A stretch of 63,985 nucleotides of DNA, filler included, from Octopus bimaculoides (Eukaryota): NCBI RefSeq assembly GCF_001194135.2. It is 10 parts of 8 records of this genome, joined end to end, with 100 filler letters (N's around TTAATTAATTAA, not from the genome) between each part and the next. Parts side by side here need not be neighbours in the genome. Positions count along the whole stretch, not along the records: positions 46,553 to 58,359 come from NC_068983.1; positions 58,460 to 60,930 come from NC_069004.1; positions 61,031 to 62,702 come from NW_026305725.1; 7 more parts are not named here. One strand, 5' to 3'. Shown in pieces: positions 50,045 to 61,500 of this stretch. The notes under the pieces were generated by a model. It was not told the origin of the DNA and did no database searches. It saw nothing but the letters and a program-made list of their open reading frames with translations. How positions within the stretch are numbered: position 1 is the stretch's first letter; each line of letters begins with the position of its first letter. The translations under genes were made by a program, and so were the position numbers.

Positions 50045-50103
50045 TTGGTGAGCTGGCAGAAATGTTAGCATACCGGGTGAAATGCTTAGTGGTATTTCGT
50101 CTA

Positions 50104-50218
<115 letters not shown>

Positions 50219-50244
50219 CATTATTAACATTATTATTATTATTA

Positions 50245-50790
50245 AGGCGGCAAGCTGCAGAATTTTTAGCACTCCAAGAAAAATGCTTAGGAACATTTTG
50301 CTGGTCTTTGCATTCTGTGTTCAAATTCTCTTGTGGCGAACATTGCCTTTCATCATTTTGGGGCTGATAAAATATGTACCAGTTATATGCTGTCAACTTA
50401 ATGTGACAGTCCCCTGAAGGGAATAACACAACTGTCGGTTAGACCTAGGAACCTACACTGCTTCCTGTCATCCTTGACACATTTTTTGTGTCCCTATGTT
50501 TACAAGGGGGGGATAGAAGGACACGAGAAATGTGTCAAGGCCGACAGGAAGTGGTGCAGCTTCCTAGGTCTAACCAACAGTAGTATTATTCTCTTCAGGG
50601 GACTGTCACATTAAGTTGACAGCATACAACTACTTCATCGTATCACTACTGCATAAATCTATCTGAGAGATTTAAAAATGTATTATTTCTAAATATGTAC
50701 CAGTTGATCACTAGGGTCGATATAATTGACTTACCCCCAACCTTACATTATTAACCTTGAGCCAGAATTTGAAGCCATTATAAGTTTTTG
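50245..50790 (+). mobile_element. SINE family C split by a fold-back insertion (a further C head fragment at 50044-50100)
   Basis: Core stops at 50384 and resumes after the duplicated aaatatgtaccagtt (50691-50705). Confidence 0.65.
50386..50626. mobile_element. Fold-back/MITE-like palindrome, 108-bp arms
   Basis: Arms 50386-50493 and 50519-50626; outer 34 bp are a perfect inverted repeat beginning and ending in TA. Confidence 0.8.
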
Positions 50791-50829
50791 CTGGTTTCTT
50801 ATGCATTTATCTATGCCTTCACATGTAAT

Positions 50830-51298
50830 TTATGTTTTGTCATTTATGCTTTACTCGTTACAGTCATTAGACTGTGGTCATGCTGGAACACTGCTAGAAG
50901 AATTCTTAGTCAAATTAATCAATCCTGATACTTAATGATTTTTTAAAGCCTGGTATTTATTCTGTCATATCTTTTGCTGAACCATTCAGTTACAGGGGTG
51001 TAAACACATGAACACTAGTTGTGAAGCAATGTGTGTCAGATGGGATTAGCAAACACAGACACAAAGACAAACAGACAGACACACATACATGCACACACAT
51101 ACACACACTCAAACATACGCACACACATATGTATGTATACAAAAGGCTTCTTTCAGTTTCCGCAAACCAAATTCATTCACAAGGCTTTGTTCAGCCTATG
51201 TCTAGAGTAAGAGACATTTTCACAACGTGCCACATAGTCAGATTGAACTTAGTACCACATGGTTGGGAAGCAAGCTTCTTACCCAGACACCCATGCCT
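50830..51298 (-). mobile_element. Old SINE family B
   Basis: Tail at 50830-51060, (CA)n, head at 51140-51298. Confidence 0.65.
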
Positions 51299-51339
51299 AC
51301 AGATGTAATATATAAAAATAGTGAACAAAACATTTGAGT

Positions 51340-51645
51340 GAGGTCGTTGCCAGTGCCGTTGGACTGACTCCTGTGCAGGTCGCATGTAGAAAACACCATT
51401 TGAGTGTGACCATTGCCAGTACCACCAGACTAGCCCTCGTGCCGGTGGCACATAAAAGCACCCACTACACTCTCGGAGTGGTTAGCACTAGGAAGGGCAT
51501 CTAGCTGTAGAAACTCTGCCAGATCAGATCGGAGCCTGGTGCAGCCATCTGGTTCGCCAGTCCTCAGTCAAATCGTCCAACCCATGTTAGCATGGAAAGC
51601 AGACGTTAAACGATGATGATGATGATGATGATGATGACGATGATG
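51340..51645 (+). mobile_element. SINE-like family H 3' part with (GAT)n tail
   Basis: ..aggaagggcatctagctgtagaaac..ccaacccatgttagcatggaaagcagacgttaaacgatgatgat; related fragment on the minus strand at 46866-46945. Confidence 0.6.
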
Positions 51646-52332
51646 ATTCTAAATCAAAATACATAATTCAAGTCAAAGCACATAATTCTACATAGAAATA
51701 TACCTTAGAAGGTACACCATTAAATTAGTTGTTTGTTAATCAGGGTGTTCATCTTAGTACGTATTGGCATATTATTATGTTCTCTGATGGGACACCTAAT
51801 TCGACATGCTTCACTTCACCCGGCTGTCAAGAAATAAATATTTAATAATTCTGCTGGGAATTTTGCTAGATGTTATGTCAGATTCATTCTTGATGAGACA
51901 CAGCTCTATGCCTGATAATGGAGAAGAGAAGGTTAGAGATATGGATGGTAGACTTGACAGAGTAAAAGGCAACTAGCCAAGAAATCAGTTGTTTATGTCA
52001 CATTACAAGTTTTACACTGAGACAATACCCAAGACACTTAGGTGTTAATTACTGCATCTGCCAAGTTCTAAGTAGTATCATACAGGTGTTATTATTCCCT
52101 TACCGTGTTTGGCAACATTTCAACAACAATGGCTGTTATTTAGTCACAGCTCAGTCTTGTCTGAGCAGAACTCAGATCAAAGTTGTTCTAGTTCAAGCAG
52201 TAACAACATTATTTTTTTTTAATATCAGTGTATGTGTTCATTAATGTAACCTTTTCTAATGAGAGAGTGGGGTCTGATTTCAAGGAATTTTGCTCTTATT
52301 TCTAGCAAAGCAGGCATGACTGTTTAGTTTGC

Positions 52333-52710
52333 AAGCATGTAGTTTTGGTTTCAGTCCTGCTGCATAAACACCTTTGGCAAGCGCTTTCTACAATAGCTCT
52401 GGGCCAACCAATGTGTTGTGAGTGAATTTTGTAGATAGAAACTGTGAGAAAGAAAGATGGCGAACTGGCAGAAACGTCAGCATGCTGGGTGAAATACCTA
52501 GGGGTAATTCGTCTGTCTTTACGTTCTGAGTTCAAATTCTGCCTAGGTCGACTTTGCCTTTCATCCTTTTGGGGCTGATTAAATAAGTACCAGTTATGCA
52601 CTGGGCTCAATATAATCGACTTAATCCATTTGTCTGTCCTTGTTTGTCCCCTCTGCATGTATCCCCTTGTGAGCAGTAAAGAAATAAGAAACTGTGACAA
52701 AGACTCTCAT

Positions 52711-52788
<78 letters not shown>

Positions 52789-53030
52789 ATGTATATTTGT
52801 ATGTGTGTGTGTATGCTTGCATGTGTCTTTGTGTTTGACCTCTCCACTACTTGACAACATGTGTTGGTTTGTTTACTCTCAATAACTTAGCAATTCAGTG
52901 AAGGAAATCAATAAGATTCGTAGCAGACTTTGAAGTAAAAACAATTTTGCCGAGTAGATTCGTGTGACTAAATCCTTCAAGATGATGTCCCAGCATGGCT
53001 ACCGTCTGAAAGAAATAAAAGATGAAAGAA
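52333..53030 (+). mobile_element. Old SINE family B hosting a nested C2 copy
   Basis: Head 52333-52453; continues at 52688 through (TA)n to the tail ..cccagcatggctac..aaataaaagatg. Confidence 0.6.
52456..52687 (+). mobile_element. SINE subfamily C2 nested in SINE B
   Basis: 16-nt TSD gaaactgtga(g/c)aaaga at 52438-52453 and 52688-52703. Confidence 0.85.
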
Positions 53031-54275
53031 CATAATATTTCACAGAGTCTTCGTTTTTCATTCCAGTGTATGCTTTTTTGGTTTGTACAATCAAGTTGCT
53101 TTCAGCTTGTGAGGAAATCTGCCTGTGATAGGTAACCCTATTCAATAGAGCATTTCACATCTTCACCTGTTCTTTAGCTTCACAGAGAACCAACTGAAGT
53201 AGTGAAAGAGTGGATCAAAACACTAAATAAATAACATAGAGCTATTGATTAAATCACAAACAACTTTCTTACACAATGGAACTCAGCCTTAGCGATTTAT
53301 AACTCTTGTTGATCCATGACACATTAAATAAAACACTAAAACTCTCATGGAATACCCTCAGCTTTTTACAACTTGTATTTTATAAATAAAAAGTAAACTA
53401 CGATTAAGATTGTTTTAAAAGAAATATAGGTGTTTACGGTGCACTTTACTGTGAAGGAATACATATGCAGTGGTGCACATCATCAGAAGCATAAAGTTTT
53501 CCTAATTTCTTGGTATTCTTTTTGGCCTCACTTCAAAGAATCATAGAACACCATGCGGACAATATGTGACACACGAATGTGCTGTAGAACAGTTGGTGAA
53601 AAATGCATGATTTTACCTACTGACTGGAAGGGAGACAGGGAACAGTTTTAGTACCAGGGTTACATTGTAGGTGCATGAGAAGCTCTGGCTGAATGATTGT
53701 ACTGAGAAAATAATATAATTTTTAAATTTTATATATTCATAGGGATGCAGTATATTGTTAATTACACTTTTGATCAGGAAACTTTAATGCTTTAGCATTC
53801 AGCTCACTCTGTCAAATGAGATGTTCCTTTATTCACACTGCTTTGAATCAATCATGTATTTTTTAGATTTCTACGATGTGATTGTTTACTTTTAGAATTA
53901 CACTAAAAGGTCAGTATGAGAGACTGGTTCTGGCCAGTTTTAAAACAAGACAGGCAGAATATTTGGGCCAGATACGGCCACTTTAAATGTTGAAAAGTTA
54001 AGCATTTTTTCATAAGGGTTGTTAAAGTTTCGTTAGGAGGTGGTTTCAAATTTAAATGAGAGCAAAAAATTGTGATAAGCCAGAGGAAACAAACACCCAT
54101 AAAGGCAGTTACCAGCTTCTACATGCTTGCTCAATCCACAACAGCAACTGAATGAATGCAACTGAAATAGCAGCTGACTGAATGTTTTAGCCTACAGACA
54201 ATGATGGAGATGGGGGACATTTTTATTGCCAGGGGTAAATTGCCCTTACATAAGGAGTTCTGAATGAGTATTATT

Positions 54276-54489
54276 CTTTTACCCTTTCATTTGTTTCAGA
54301 CATTTGACTGTGGCCATGCTGGAGCACAACCTTTAGTTGAATGGATCGACCCCAGGACTTATTTTTTGTAAGCCTCATGCGTGTTCTTTCGGTCTGTTTT
54401 GCCGAACTGCTACGTTACGGGGAAGTAAACACACCAACGTTGGTTGTCAAACGATAGTGGGGAGGGGGCATGAACTCAGACACACAAAC

Positions 54490-54540
<51 letters not shown>

Positions 54541-54705
54541 TACACGATGAGCTTCTTTCAGTTTCCACCTACTAAATCTACTCATAAGGCTTTGGTTGGC
54601 TCGAGGCTATTGTAGAAGACACTTGCCCAAGGTGCCATGCAGTGCGACTGAACCTAAAACCATGTGGTTGGTAAGCAAGCTTCTTACCACACACCAATGC
54701 CTGGT
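54276..54705 (-). mobile_element. SINE family B, full length
   Basis: Reverse complement of 26357-26800 with internal (TA)n. Confidence 0.88.
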
Positions 54706-55574
54706 CTCCCCCAAAATGCCTTTGATCATTGGTCAGCTCAATAGTGGCTGATGTGACATGGAGTTAACAGAAAGTAAAACCACATCTGCAACCTAGACCC
54801 TAATGACCAAAGTTGCCATTGCCATTACCATGACGACTGCCACCATGATACCACTATCACGACCACCACTATCATGACCACTGCCACCAACACCACTATT
54901 TTCATGCAATAAAATCTGGACTGTATTATCAAATGTGATTCTTAGTTTTTGAAAATGGTAAGTTATGGCTCAGTTTTCTTCCTTCCAGGGTTGATAAGTT
55001 AACACATTGACCTAAGGCAGAATTATTTGAAGGCTGGACAAAATGTTTTGCATAACTTGACCTGCCCAAACAGATGATGCAAGCATGTCTGTATCTAGCC
55101 AACAATATGGTGTCTTGTAACGGAGGCGGTAGAAACAACTTATATATTTTTCCATAAAGAATTCATGACTAACATATATTCTTATCAAGATAGTTATCAG
55201 TGAATGTATACAAGAACAAGAACGGAAAAAAAAGGACAATGTTACATAAATACAATAAAAATAATAACAGGACATAACAACAGGTGTCTTTCGACTAAGG
55301 ACGAATTAAATTAAGCTGGCGTGTGTGGAAATAAAGCCTTACAGCAGGGATACAAGATTTCACAGGCACAGGGAGGAATATCGATGTTGCACGGACAACG
55401 GCCGGCCAAGAAAGAAAGATCAGGCTTGGCCGAACACCAGTCATGTGAGAAGAGAAGAGAGCGAGGTAGAGGCAGAGGGGCAAAAGAATTAAGGAGGGGC
55501 GACATCAAATGACAGGGTCACAGTGAAGTGAAAAGTGGAGGGAAAGTGAGCAAGAACAGATATATCAAAATGTT

Positions 55575-55930
55575 TGGGCTTCTTTTAGTTTCCATCTACC
55601 TGGTCAACTCACAAAGGTTTGGTCAGCTTGGGGCAATAGCCATGCAGTGGGATTGAACCTAGGACCATGTAGTTGAGAAGCAAACTTGTTACTACGCAAC
55701 CATACCCTTGTGTATGTGCACTTGTGCATGTGTGTTTGTGCCTGTGTGTTTGTACCTGTGTTTGTTCCACCTACCTGACAACCAGGGCTGGATTGTTTAC
55801 ATCCTCATGACTTAGTGGTTTAAATAAAAAGAGAGACCAACATAATAAGAATCAGATCTTAAAATAAGAAGGTGATGCTCCAGCTTGGCTACAGTTCAAT
55901 GACTGTGAAACAAGTAAAAGAATAAAAGAA
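55575..55930. mobile_element. SINE family B pieces: head on minus (55575-55710), tail on plus (55730-55930)
   Basis: Both align to family B in opposite orientations, joined at a GT tract. Confidence 0.55.
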
Positions 55931-56648
55931 AAAAAGATTATACAGAAATGGATAACAAATTCAGCTTCTATTCAGTTGAAATTAGAATTCCTGACTTTAT
56001 AAATAAAATAAATTCTGTGATTCTAACCAACCAATACTTCATCCACACTGGCATTCTCTGCATTTTGATTGTAATAAAAGATATAGCTATGCATAACGAC
56101 ATGCTTCAAAACAAGATTTATTGAAATATAACATTCAATATGCCACTGTCACTATTATTTTCCATTTCTATTTTTACATCCTTCATGCTAGTTATGATAA
56201 TATAAATTGAGAATAAAATCTGCTAATTAGTATAATCACATTTATGGTTTTCTCTCCACCATGTTCAGCTTTCTTTCCCTTTTTATATTTTTTCCTTATT
56301 AGCTGAAATTTCCAGTCTTTCTACATTAGTCGATTAGCATTTGCTGCTTTTTCTCTCTTACTCTTTCATATTTTTCTCAAGAGGTCTACCACATGGCTTT
56401 TTATTTTTGACCTGCTAGAAATAACTACTATATCTCCTTCAAATCGTACAGTAACAACTGAAAGGGGAAAAAGAAAATGAAACAAAAAAACGTTGGGTTA
56501 TGTGAACCTGGCTTCACATACAAAAAAGGTAAAATGAGATGTCACAGATGGGATGCAAATGAGCAAGGTTAACATATGATTAAAGAGCAATAACACAGCA
56601 GCTACTCTGTCTTCCTTTAAGAGTTTGAATGAAATTATATGGGATTAT

Positions 56649-57037
56649 GTGGAGGCGCAATGGCCCAGTGGTTAGGGCAGCGGACTCATGGTCAGAGGAT
56701 CGCGGTTTCGTTTCCCAGACCGGGCGTTGTGAGTGTTTATTGAGCGAAAACACCTAAAAGCTCCACGAGGCTCCAGCAGGGGATGGTGGCGAACCTTGCT
56801 GTACTCTTTCACCACAACTTTCTCTCACTCTTACTTCCTGTTTCTGTTGTACCTGTAATTCAAAGGGCCAGCCTTGTCACACTGTATCATGCTTAATATC
56901 CCTGAGAACTACGTTATGGGTACACGTGTCTGTGGAGTGCTCAGCCACTTGCACGTTAATTTCATGAGCAGGCTGTTCTGTTGATCGGATCAACTGGAAC
57001 CCTCGACATTGTAAGCGACTGAGTGCTAACAACAACA
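56649..57037 (+). mobile_element. SINE family A, full length
   Basis: TSD ATATGGGATTAT at 56637-56648 and 57038-57049; (AAC)n tail. Confidence 0.93.
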
Positions 57038-57084
57038 ATATGGGATTATATATTAATATTTTATCGTCATGAAAAGTGATAAGC

Positions 57085-57475
57085 CTGTTGTTATGTTCTG
57101 AGTTCAAATTCGGCCAAGGTCAACTTTAGAGTTCATCCATTTGGGGTTGATAAAATAAGTACCAGTTGAGGACTGGGGTTGATATAATCAACACATACCC
57201 TCCTCTGAATTTACTGGCCTTGTGCCAAAACTTAAAACTAATGTATTATCTTCATGGAAGGTGGAAAACTGGAAGAATCATTAAAACGCTGGGCAAAATG
57301 CTCAGCAGCATTTTATCCATCTTTATGTTCTGAGTTCAAATTCCACCGAGGTTGACTTTGCCGTTCGTCCTTTCATGGTTGAGAAAATAAGTACCAGTTG
57401 AGTACTGGGGTCTAATGTAATCAACTTACCCCTTCCCTAAGCTTGCTGGCCTTGTGCTAAAATTTGAAACCAATA
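57085..57475 (+). mobile_element. Two tandem SINE family C copies (57085-57240, 57255-57475)
   Basis: ctgagttcaaatt..ataagtaccagttgag..ggccttgtgc(c/t)aaaa occurs twice. Confidence 0.75.
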
Positions 57476-57971
57476 TATTATCTGCATTTTATCAAAATAG
57501 AAAAAGACAAATATTTTAAAGAAAGCTCATTGTTCTGTGCTTGGTTGTATACATGCACACATAAACACACGCATGCGCATGTGTACACACACACAAGCAT
57601 GTTTGTATATCACATGATCGACCAGAATATGGGATGCTGTTATATATCGCTTGTTACAATGCACTTTGCATCGTTTTTAGCTTTCAAGTGATACCACCCA
57701 CCTAGCTAAGCAATTAGGCCAATAATTCCCCTGATCACAAGGCTATTCCACCACAGGGTTACCATTTGCAGATGAAGGGACTGCAGCAACTTGAAATGTA
57801 GGGTTTTGCTGAAGAGCACAATTTGTCACCCAGTTGGAAATTGAATGGAGAGTCAAATGATTATTATGAGGACAAAACCTTAACCACTAGGCCATATGCT
57901 TCACATATGTGCAAATATATATTTATAGGTGAGAAAGTTGGTATGTGAAAGCACATGGTTGGATGTATAAA

Positions 57972-58320
57972 AGATAAACAAGAGGCTTGTGCTATATGGT
58001 TAAAGTATATATTTAAATCATTATGTTAGAAAAATGTTATAAAATCTTGAGTATAGAAACATTGTTTTTGGAGAAATAACTGGTCTCGTATTTTCTTTTC
58101 AAATTTCTCTACCTGTATTGTAACATGTCTTTGCTCCGGTGTGAAGATATGTTACGATACAGGTAGAGAAATTTGAAAAGAAAATACGAAACCGGTTATT
58201 TCTCCAAAAACAATGTTTCTATACTCAAAATTTTATAACATTTTTCTAACATAACGATTTAAATATATACTTTAACCATATAACACAAGCCTTCTGTAGT
58301 TTTTTCACTCTTGTTTATCT
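57972..58320. repeat. Long AT-rich palindrome (fold-back), arms about 150-160 bp, 12-nt loop
   Basis: Arms 57983-58131 and 58144-58292 differ at 7 positions; outer 12 bp pair across a 17-nt insertion. Confidence 0.9.
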
Positions 58321-58585
58321 GTAATATATATAAATACATATATATATATATATATATATNNNNNNNNNNNNNNNNNNNNNNNNNNNNNNNNNNNNNNNNN
58401 NNNTTAATTAATTAANNNNNNNNNNNNNNNNNNNNNNNNNNNNNNNNNNNNNNNNNNNNTGAAGACTAGAATCGATGCCATTGATTTTCCCCCTCCTAGA
58501 AATTGCCGCTCTTCTGCCAAAATATTAAACTGATATTTTAGCGTAAGACTAGAATTGGTTGCTCTAGAGTAGAAAATAATTTATT

Positions 58586-58742
58586 ACTCTTTTATTTGTT
58601 TCAGTCATTTGACTGCGGCCATGCTGGAGCACCGACTTTAACCGAAAAAATCAACCCCAGGATTAATCTTTGTAAGCCTGGTACTTAATCTATCGGCCTC
58701 TTTAGTCGAACCGCAACGTTACGGGGACGTAAACACACCAGT
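58586..58742 (-). mobile_element. SINE family B tail
   Basis: ttgtttcagtcatttgactgcggccatgctggagcaccg..acggggacgtaaacacacc. Confidence 0.85.
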
Positions 58743-58879
58743 GTGTGTGTGTGTGTGTGTATGTGTATGTATAAGTGTATATATGCGTATAAATGCAAGT
58801 GCACACGTGGTTGGGTGCGAAAGGGGTGGAGAAGGACAGCGTTATCAAAAAATTCACAAAATTTTCAAGAACAGATCTA

Positions 58880-59233
58880 GAGATAATTGGTGTTATTTCC
58901 ATCATTACCAGCATCATCATCTTTTTCATCATCATCATCATCACCATCATCGTCATCGTCGTCGACGTCGTCATCATCATCGTCGTCATCATCACTCCCA
59001 CCGACACTCTCAACACTGCATGACCTCCATCAAATAATGCCAGCAGCCTCACCGCTGTTGCCGCCACAGCACCACTATCGCCATCGCAATCATTATTACC
59101 ATCATCATCATCATCATCATCGTCATCGTCATCAACATCATCATCATCATCACTACCAACACAGTCACTATCGTCATCATCTTCCTCTTCATCACTACCA
59201 TCATAATCATCGTCGACGTCGTCGTCGTTGTCG

Positions 59234-59265
<32 letters not shown>

Positions 59266-59403
59266 GTCATCGTCATCATCTCACCACCCGGTATAATCAA
59301 CGCCGCTAGTCTTCCTCATCGATACTACCATCATAATCATCACACCTGCCACCACAACCACCACCATACCACCGCCACCATCACCACCACCACTGCCGCC
59401 GCC
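58880..59403. repeat. (CAT/CGT/CAC)n low-complexity tract
   Basis: Seen directly. Confidence 0.9.
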
Positions 59404-60483
59404 NNNNNNNNNNNNNNNNNNNNNNNNNNNNNNNNNNNNNNNNNNNNNNNNNNNNNNNNNNNNNNNNNNNNNNNNNNNNNNNNNNNNNNNNNNNNNNNNN
59501 NNNNNNNNNNNNNNNNNNNNNNNNNNNNNNNNNNNNNNNNNNNNNNNNNNNNNNNNNNNNNNNNNNNNNNNNNNNNNNNNNNNNNNNNNNNNNNNNNNNN
59601 NNNNNNNNNNNNNNNNNNNNNNNNNNNNNNNNNNNNNNNNNNNNNNNNNNNNNNNNNNNNNNNNNNNNNNNNNNNNNNNNNNNNNNNNNNNNNNNNNNNN
59701 NNNNNNNNNNNNNNNNNNNNNNNNNNNNNNNNNNNNNNNNNNNNNNNNNNNNNNNNNNNNNNNNNNNNNNNNNNNNNNNNNNNNNNNNNNNNNNNNNNNN
59801 NNNNNNNNNNNNNNNNNNNNNNNNNNNNNNNNNNNNNNNNNNNNNNNNNNNNNNNNNNNNNNNNNNNNNNNNNNNNNNNNNNNNNNNNNNNNNNNNNNNN
59901 NNNNNNNNNNNNNNNNNNNNNNNNNNNNNNNNNNNNNNNNNNNNNNNNNNNNNNNNNNNNNNNNNNNNNNNNNNNNNNNNNNNNNNNNNNNNNNNNNNNN
60001 NNNNNNNNNNNNNNNNNNNNNNNNNNNNNNNNNNNNNNNNNNNNNNNNNNNNNNNNNNNNNNNNNNNNNNNNNNNNNNNNNNNNNNNNNNNNNNNNNNNN
60101 NNNNNNNNNNNNNNNNNNNNNNNNNNNNNNNNNNNNNNNNNNNNNNNNNNNNNNNNNNNNNNNNNNNNNNNNNNNNNNNNNNNNNNNNNNNNNNNNNNNN
60201 NNNNNNNNNNNNNNNNNNNNNNNNNNNNNNNNNNNNNNNNNNNNNNNNNNNNNNNNNNNNNNNNNNNNNNNNNNNNNNNNNNNNNNNNNNNNNNNNNNNN
60301 NNNNNNNNNNNNNNGTATACCCACACACCACCCCTATACACTTGCACAGAAAATATCTTTTGTTTTACTCTCACAATAATCTATTTCATGAATCTGCCTC
60401 CGATATTGTTTGCTTTAAATAGTCACTTTGTCTTTTAGTCATGTCGATAATGCTGTGCGATTAAGTCCTGTGTGCGTGTGAGC

Positions 60484-60527
<44 letters not shown>

Positions 60528-61068
60528 CTCTATGTTTGTGTGTGCTTGTATTTATGTGTGTGCGAGTGTCTCTGGTCGCCGTGTGGGGCGTATTTGATAA
60601 CGGCGCGATAACTTATCTATGTACGTTTGTACATGTGTATATATACTTTTCTACGTTTTGTATGAGTATAATCTTCTTTATTTTTTGGGGTGTGTATATT
60701 TGTGTGTTTGTGCCTGTGCGAGCATGTGTAAGCGTAATTTCGTCCGTATACATCTATACAAACGTGGGTGGGTCTTCGTATGTGTAAATACGTATATATT
60801 GGTGTATGAAAGGTTTTCTGTTCGTGTGCGTTTGTATATATATATATATATATATACATATGTGTGTGTGCACGCAAACACATATATGTGTATGCATACG
60901 TATATATGTGTGCGCGTGTATATATATATANNNNNNNNNNNNNNNNNNNNNNNNNNNNNNNNNNNNNNNNNNNNTTAATTAATTAANNNNNNNNNNNNNN
61001 NNNNNNNNNNNNNNNNNNNNNNNNNNNNNNGATAGTGTTCTTGCAGTTTATGGCAATTCTACAGTTTT

Positions 61069-61133
61069 TCATCCAGTGGTCGTATGTGGGTCTACCATTT
61101 CACTTCCTCTGATTGTAGATAGTTGAACAGTTT
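61069..61133 (-). CDS. Terminal exon of a Thr/Ser-rich protein: (E)TVQLSTIRGSEMVDPHTTTG*
   Basis: ttttcttttacAG acceptor; phase 1 matches the upstream CAG|GTAATT donor across a 99-nt intron (61134-61232). Confidence 0.5.
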
Positions 61134-61232
61134 CTGTAAAAGAAAAGCATGGTTGTGAAATCCTTAAAAACTCAGCTGGGAAAAATTTAGATGAGAGAAG
61201 ACCGACATTTTAAAAGATAACAAATTAATTAC

Positions 61233-61500
61233 CTGTTTTCGATATTGTTGTCAGTGGTGGTTCAATGCCACTGTATGGTTCACTGGTATCAGATGATTCT
61301 GTAGTTGGAGATATTTCTCAATGTCTGTTGATAATCACTCACTGATGGTTGTAACGGATGAAGATGGCTACGTTGAAGCTAGAGAGAAATTCTCGTAGAT
61401 GGTAGCTCAGTGGTTGTATTAGGGAACATTTCGTGATAGCAGAAGGTTGTTCTGACTGAGTAGATGTTAGCTCAGTGCGGTTAAGCGATTAGTTAGTGGG
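61233..61500 (-). pseudogene. Disrupted mucin-like Thr/Ser/Pro-rich exon
   Basis: Open 61233-61317 (EISPTTESSDTSEPYSGIEPPLTTISKT). Upstream TELTSTQSEQPSAIT / PNTTTELPST / PSSSVTTISE lie in shifting frames with stops. Confidence 0.45.

Noticed and set aside
55290-55520. Overlapping short ORFs
   Set aside because: Probably an unclassified repeat fragment; no motif recognised.
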